A DNA stretch of 64,000 nucleotides from a virus, in IMG/VR virus record IMGVR_UViG_3300033075_000468. One strand, given 5' to 3'. The position numbers and the translations under genes were made by a program. The notes under the pieces were generated by a model that had not been told where the DNA came from, ran no database searches, and worked only from the letters and a program-made list of their open reading frames with translations. Positions 62,852-64,000 of the stretch are shown here, piece after piece (position 1 is the first letter of the stretch; each line of letters opens with the position of its first letter).

Positions 62852-63406
62852 GTGAAAACAAAGCTGCTACTAGTAGTGGCCGTTACATTGCTAGTAGTAG
62901 CATCTCTGTATGTTCCTAATGCTAAAGCGGCTACTACATACGAAAAAGAATTCATAGCACTGATAAATGAGCTAAGAGTTAATAACAGCTTAAATCAGCT
63001 AACTGAAAACCCCGGACTTACTGATGGTGCAAGAGTGTGGGCACAAGCATTAGCTGACTCTGGAACCATTGGACATGATCCTAATCTCAAGAATGCTCTG
63101 GCAGAGTATGATGAGTTAGGAGAAAATGTGGGAATGGGAGGCTCAGTGCAAGCTATATTCAATGCGCTTGTAGCTTCTCCTGGGCATCATGAAAATATGG
63201 TGCGTCCAGAGTTTTCAGAAATTGGTGTAGGCGTTGTGGCATCTGGTGATACATTATTCACGGTTCATAGGTTCTTGGACCCCGTGACAAATGTGACTAC
63301 AACAATAGCTATCTCTATACCGACAGAGATTCTAGAGCCCACTACCACAACAGAAGTCATCGGCAAAATATGCTCTCCCATTTATCCAAAACAGATGACG
63401 GGCTGA
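62852..63406 (+). CDS. Secreted CAP/SCP/PR-1-like domain protein.
   Basis: It has a signal peptide (MKTKLLLVVAVTLLVVASLYVPNAKA) and the CAP-like motif GHHENMVRPEFSEIGVGVV. Confidence 0.55.
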   Translation: MKTKLLLVVAVTLLVVASLYVPNAKAATTYEKEFIALINELRVNNSLNQLTENPGLTDGARVWAQALADSGTIGHDPNLKNALAEYDELGENVGMGGSVQAIFNALVASPGHHENMVRPEFSEIGVGVVASGDTLFTVHRFLDPVTNVTTTIAISIPTEILEPTTTTEVIGKICSPIYPKQMTG

Positions 63407-63428
63407 GCGGCTATGCTAGGCTAAGGCC

Positions 63429-63599
63429 ATGAGACTTGACTCTGAAGATATTGCCGCTATTCATCACGCTATGGAGCACTTAAAAAAGTTTCAACATGGC
63501 ATATACTCATTTGGAGAAATTGAGTTCTTCGCTGATGGCGAGTGTCTTGGCACTTTGTATCAAGATACCGATTGGAATTTTGTTCCGACTACAAAGTAA
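63429..63599 (+). CDS. Hypothetical small protein of 56 aa.
   Basis: ORF MRLDSEDIAAIHHAMEHLKKF...; below the track threshold. Confidence 0.25.
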   Translation: MRLDSEDIAAIHHAMEHLKKFQHGIYSFGEIEFFADGECLGTLYQDTDWNFVPTTK

Positions 63600-63604
63600 G
63601 GTTT

Positions 63605-63677
63605 GGGAGTGTAACTCAATTGGCAGAGTAGCTGACTCTTAATCAGCAAGTTGAGGGTTCGATCCCCTCCACTCCTA
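63605..63677 (+). tRNA. tRNA-Lys(CTT).
   Basis: Hand fold: gggagtg-ta-actc-aattggca-gagt-a-gctga-ctcttaa-tcagc-aagtt-gaggg-ttcgatc-ccctc-cactcct-a. Confidence 0.85.
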
Positions 63678-63679
63678 CT

Positions 63680-63964
63680 GTGAGTACATATTATAGCCTC
63701 AGCCAAGAGGTTGAAGAATTATACGAAGAATATGTTGGGCTGAACAATAGAGTCGAAGAGCTAGAAGGCATTCTCTACGAGCTTGAGAGTGATCTTATCT
63801 TTGATGCTATCGAACATGCCGGACAAGAAATTGCAAGAGAATTGGGTTGTGCTATGCCAGGAGCATGGCGTACAGAAAACAATCGTATCCTAGAGCTTCT
63901 ATATGAAGTCTACAAGGAAGTGGAGAATCAATGTCACCGTATCTCAGCGGCACGGCGCTCGTAG
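63680..63964 (+). CDS. Hypothetical acidic protein with a GTG start right after the tRNA. Its last codons run into a GC-rich segment at the window end.
   Basis: ORF of 94 aa. Confidence 0.35.
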   Translation: MSTYYSLSQEVEELYEEYVGLNNRVEELEGILYELESDLIFDAIEHAGQEIARELGCAMPGAWRTENNRILELLYEVYKEVENQCHRISAARRS

Positions 63965-64000
63965 ACGCCGCTATGGCCCTGGCCCTGCGGGCGCACGCCG

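Noticed and set aside
49240-63700. CRISPR array or other short direct-repeat array in the tRNA island.
   Set aside because: The repeated units are tRNA genes or fragments with distinct sequences. There are no regularly spaced identical repeats with unique spacers.

Overview
This window reads as a tailed-phage genome segment with actinobacteriophage hallmarks (two WhiB-like genes, ThyX, intein-containing class II RNR) despite roughly 45% GC. From about 43.5 kb down to position 1, nearly everything is on the minus strand: tRNA-Thr, small Zn-ribbon proteins, two paralogous GT4 glycosyltransferases flanking an intein-containing NrdJ, then a virion module (portal, S78 protease/scaffold, HK97-like capsid, major tail protein, G/T chaperone pair, a 3379-aa tape measure with an M15 peptidase motif, paralogous giant minor-tail and tailspike proteins, putative lysin, and a tandem-repeat fibre-like gene cut by the window start). 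An AT-rich divergent control region at 43.5-43.9 kb separates this from a plus-strand block (ThyX, Pol-beta nucleotidyltransferase, Rnl2-type RNA ligase). From 49.2 to 63.7 kb lies a dense tRNA island with at least 24 apparently intact tRNAs, several non-canonical tRNA-like genes and multiple tRNA fragments. Interleaved with the tRNAs are five or six paralogous HNH endonucleases, a PD-(D/E)xK nuclease, a free-standing LAGLIDADG endonuclease and an ArfB/RF-1-like GGQ protein, plus WhiB-like regulators, an SPFH protein, a vWA protein and a CAP/SCP protein. All tRNA calls are hand-folded and unverified by any program. The most interesting signal is the nuclease-invaded tRNA island with fragmentary and anticodon-less tRNA-like genes, next to an RNA-repair pair (nucleotidyltransferase plus Rnl2) and a ribosome-rescue-like factor.
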